From: Mobula hypostoma
Taxonomy: Eukaryota
Assembly (NCBI RefSeq): GCF_963921235.1
Contig: NC_086098.1
Coordinates: forward strand, 240,064,001 to 240,128,000
DNA: 64,000 nucleotides
Reading direction: 5' to 3'
Under the pieces are notes generated by a model. The model did not search any database and was not told where the DNA came from. It saw nothing but the letters and a program-made list of their open reading frames with translations. Shown here in pieces: positions 62,935 to 64,000 of the stretch; position 1 is the first letter of the stretch; every line of letters starts with the position of its first letter. The position numbers and the translations under genes were made by a program.

Positions 62935-63720
62935 TGGAGCAGTCACTCGAGCCGAGTGTGATGTTCTCCTAAGGAATTGTCTATTGGTGGGTTGTCAGGT
63001 TGCTGTAGAGGCCGATCCAGCATCACGCTGACAGGGAGCGTCTGTGTGTGACTTTGTTTACCGTGGGGAGACTGATGCACGGCAGCCACCACATGGTCCT
63101 TGACAGAGCAGGGTCAAGGTCCGATGGCATGGAATGCAAACCCACTCAGGACCCTTCGCGACTGCAGCCTTCCTGCACCTTCACTGACATAGTGACGTGT
63201 CATCGTTTTCTGCCAGCTCAGTCGTTGAGGTCTTGATTAGATTGCTCTTTGTCCGGAACCCCTCCCTTGGCCTTACTGCCATGGGTGACCCTACCAGGAG
63301 CTAAACTCCACACAGCGTCGCTCTTCAGATCTCAGGAACTTACAAACCTCTCCACCACGACAGAATGACAATCCTTGGAGAAGGTTGTGTGATCACTCCA
63401 GTGGAGTATGATGGTCTCCTAAGGGGTTGTCTATTCGTGGGTCCTCGGATGGCTGTAGAGGCTGATCAAGGCACACATATTCCGGTGCAGTGTGGGCAAG
63501 GGTAGGTGGTGACTGTGGTTCGTGGTTGGGTTTTTGGTTGTTCAGTCTCTTTCACAGCTGCCACTTGTTCTCTGCGACACAGTGGAGTCGCTCTTATGTA
63601 GCGCAGCTCCCTCGAACAGATTTCCCCCAGGTGTCTCTATTGAGTGCAATGTCTTCCCAGTTTTTAGATGTCATGTTGAATTTCCTCAGGCCAATTTTGA
63701 TGATATCTTTGAAGCATTTC
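62935..63720 (-). mobile_element. RTE-derived non-autonomous element (~62935-63385) next to an RTE 3' coding fragment (~63390-63720)
   Basis: Minus-strand RTE-like 5' UTR (TCGTGGTGGAGAGGTTTG...TAGGGTCACCCATGGCAG). KCFKDIIK...WEDIALNRDTW...YPCPHC C-terminus. The 3' end is shared between the two. Confidence 0.6.
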
Positions 63721-64000
63721 TTAATGTTAAAGGTATTTATTTAATATAATTTATATTTTTAATTGATTGTCATGTCAGATTAGTCATAGGACACTACATC
63801 ACAGAAACAGGCCCTTCAGCCCATCTAGTCTGTGTCATACCATTAATCTGCCCAGTCCCATCGATCTGCACCAGGACCAAACCCCTCCCATCCATGTACC
63901 AATCCAAATTTTTCTTTATTGGTGAAATCAACCCCACTCCACCACTTGTGCTGGCAGCTCATTCCACACTCTCACCACCCTCTCAGTGATGAAGTTCCTC

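Overview
Eukaryotic, repeat-dense vertebrate DNA. The repeat spectrum (CR1, Rex1/Babar, Penelope-derived short elements, V-SINE/HE1-like SINEs, Tc1) points to a cartilaginous fish, probably a ray; this is inference. One protein-coding gene can be reconstructed: a minus-strand TRIM E3 ligase (RING, B-box 2, coiled-coil, PRY/SPRY) in 7 coding exons (54324-54076, 43921-43722, 36162-36117, 30464-30240, 29217-29195, 28152-28037, 22695-22175). All introns are GT-AG with compatible phases, giving 1380 nt / 459 aa. It has a CpG-rich promoter with CRE, GC-box, YY1-, NRF1- and IRF-like motifs. Unusual features of this TRIM are an acidic 35-aa RING loop, a Cys as the last B-box ligand, two introns splitting the RING/B-box region, and no detectable ~96-nt coiled-coil exon. 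The rest is nested retroelements, a 1.6-kb Tc1, a 1.7-kb solo LTR and minisatellites with 33, 35, 36, 37 and 48-bp units, which explain all the long repetitive ORFs. The most striking hidden structure is a ~540-bp non-coding RTE-type retroposon (two full copies with 12- and 14-bp TSDs, plus one decayed copy). Its 5' region fits an HDV-like ribozyme fold starting at the element 5' end. The catalytic-C position is G in both full copies but C in the decayed copy. Penelope-derived repeats also carry minimal type I hammerhead motifs.
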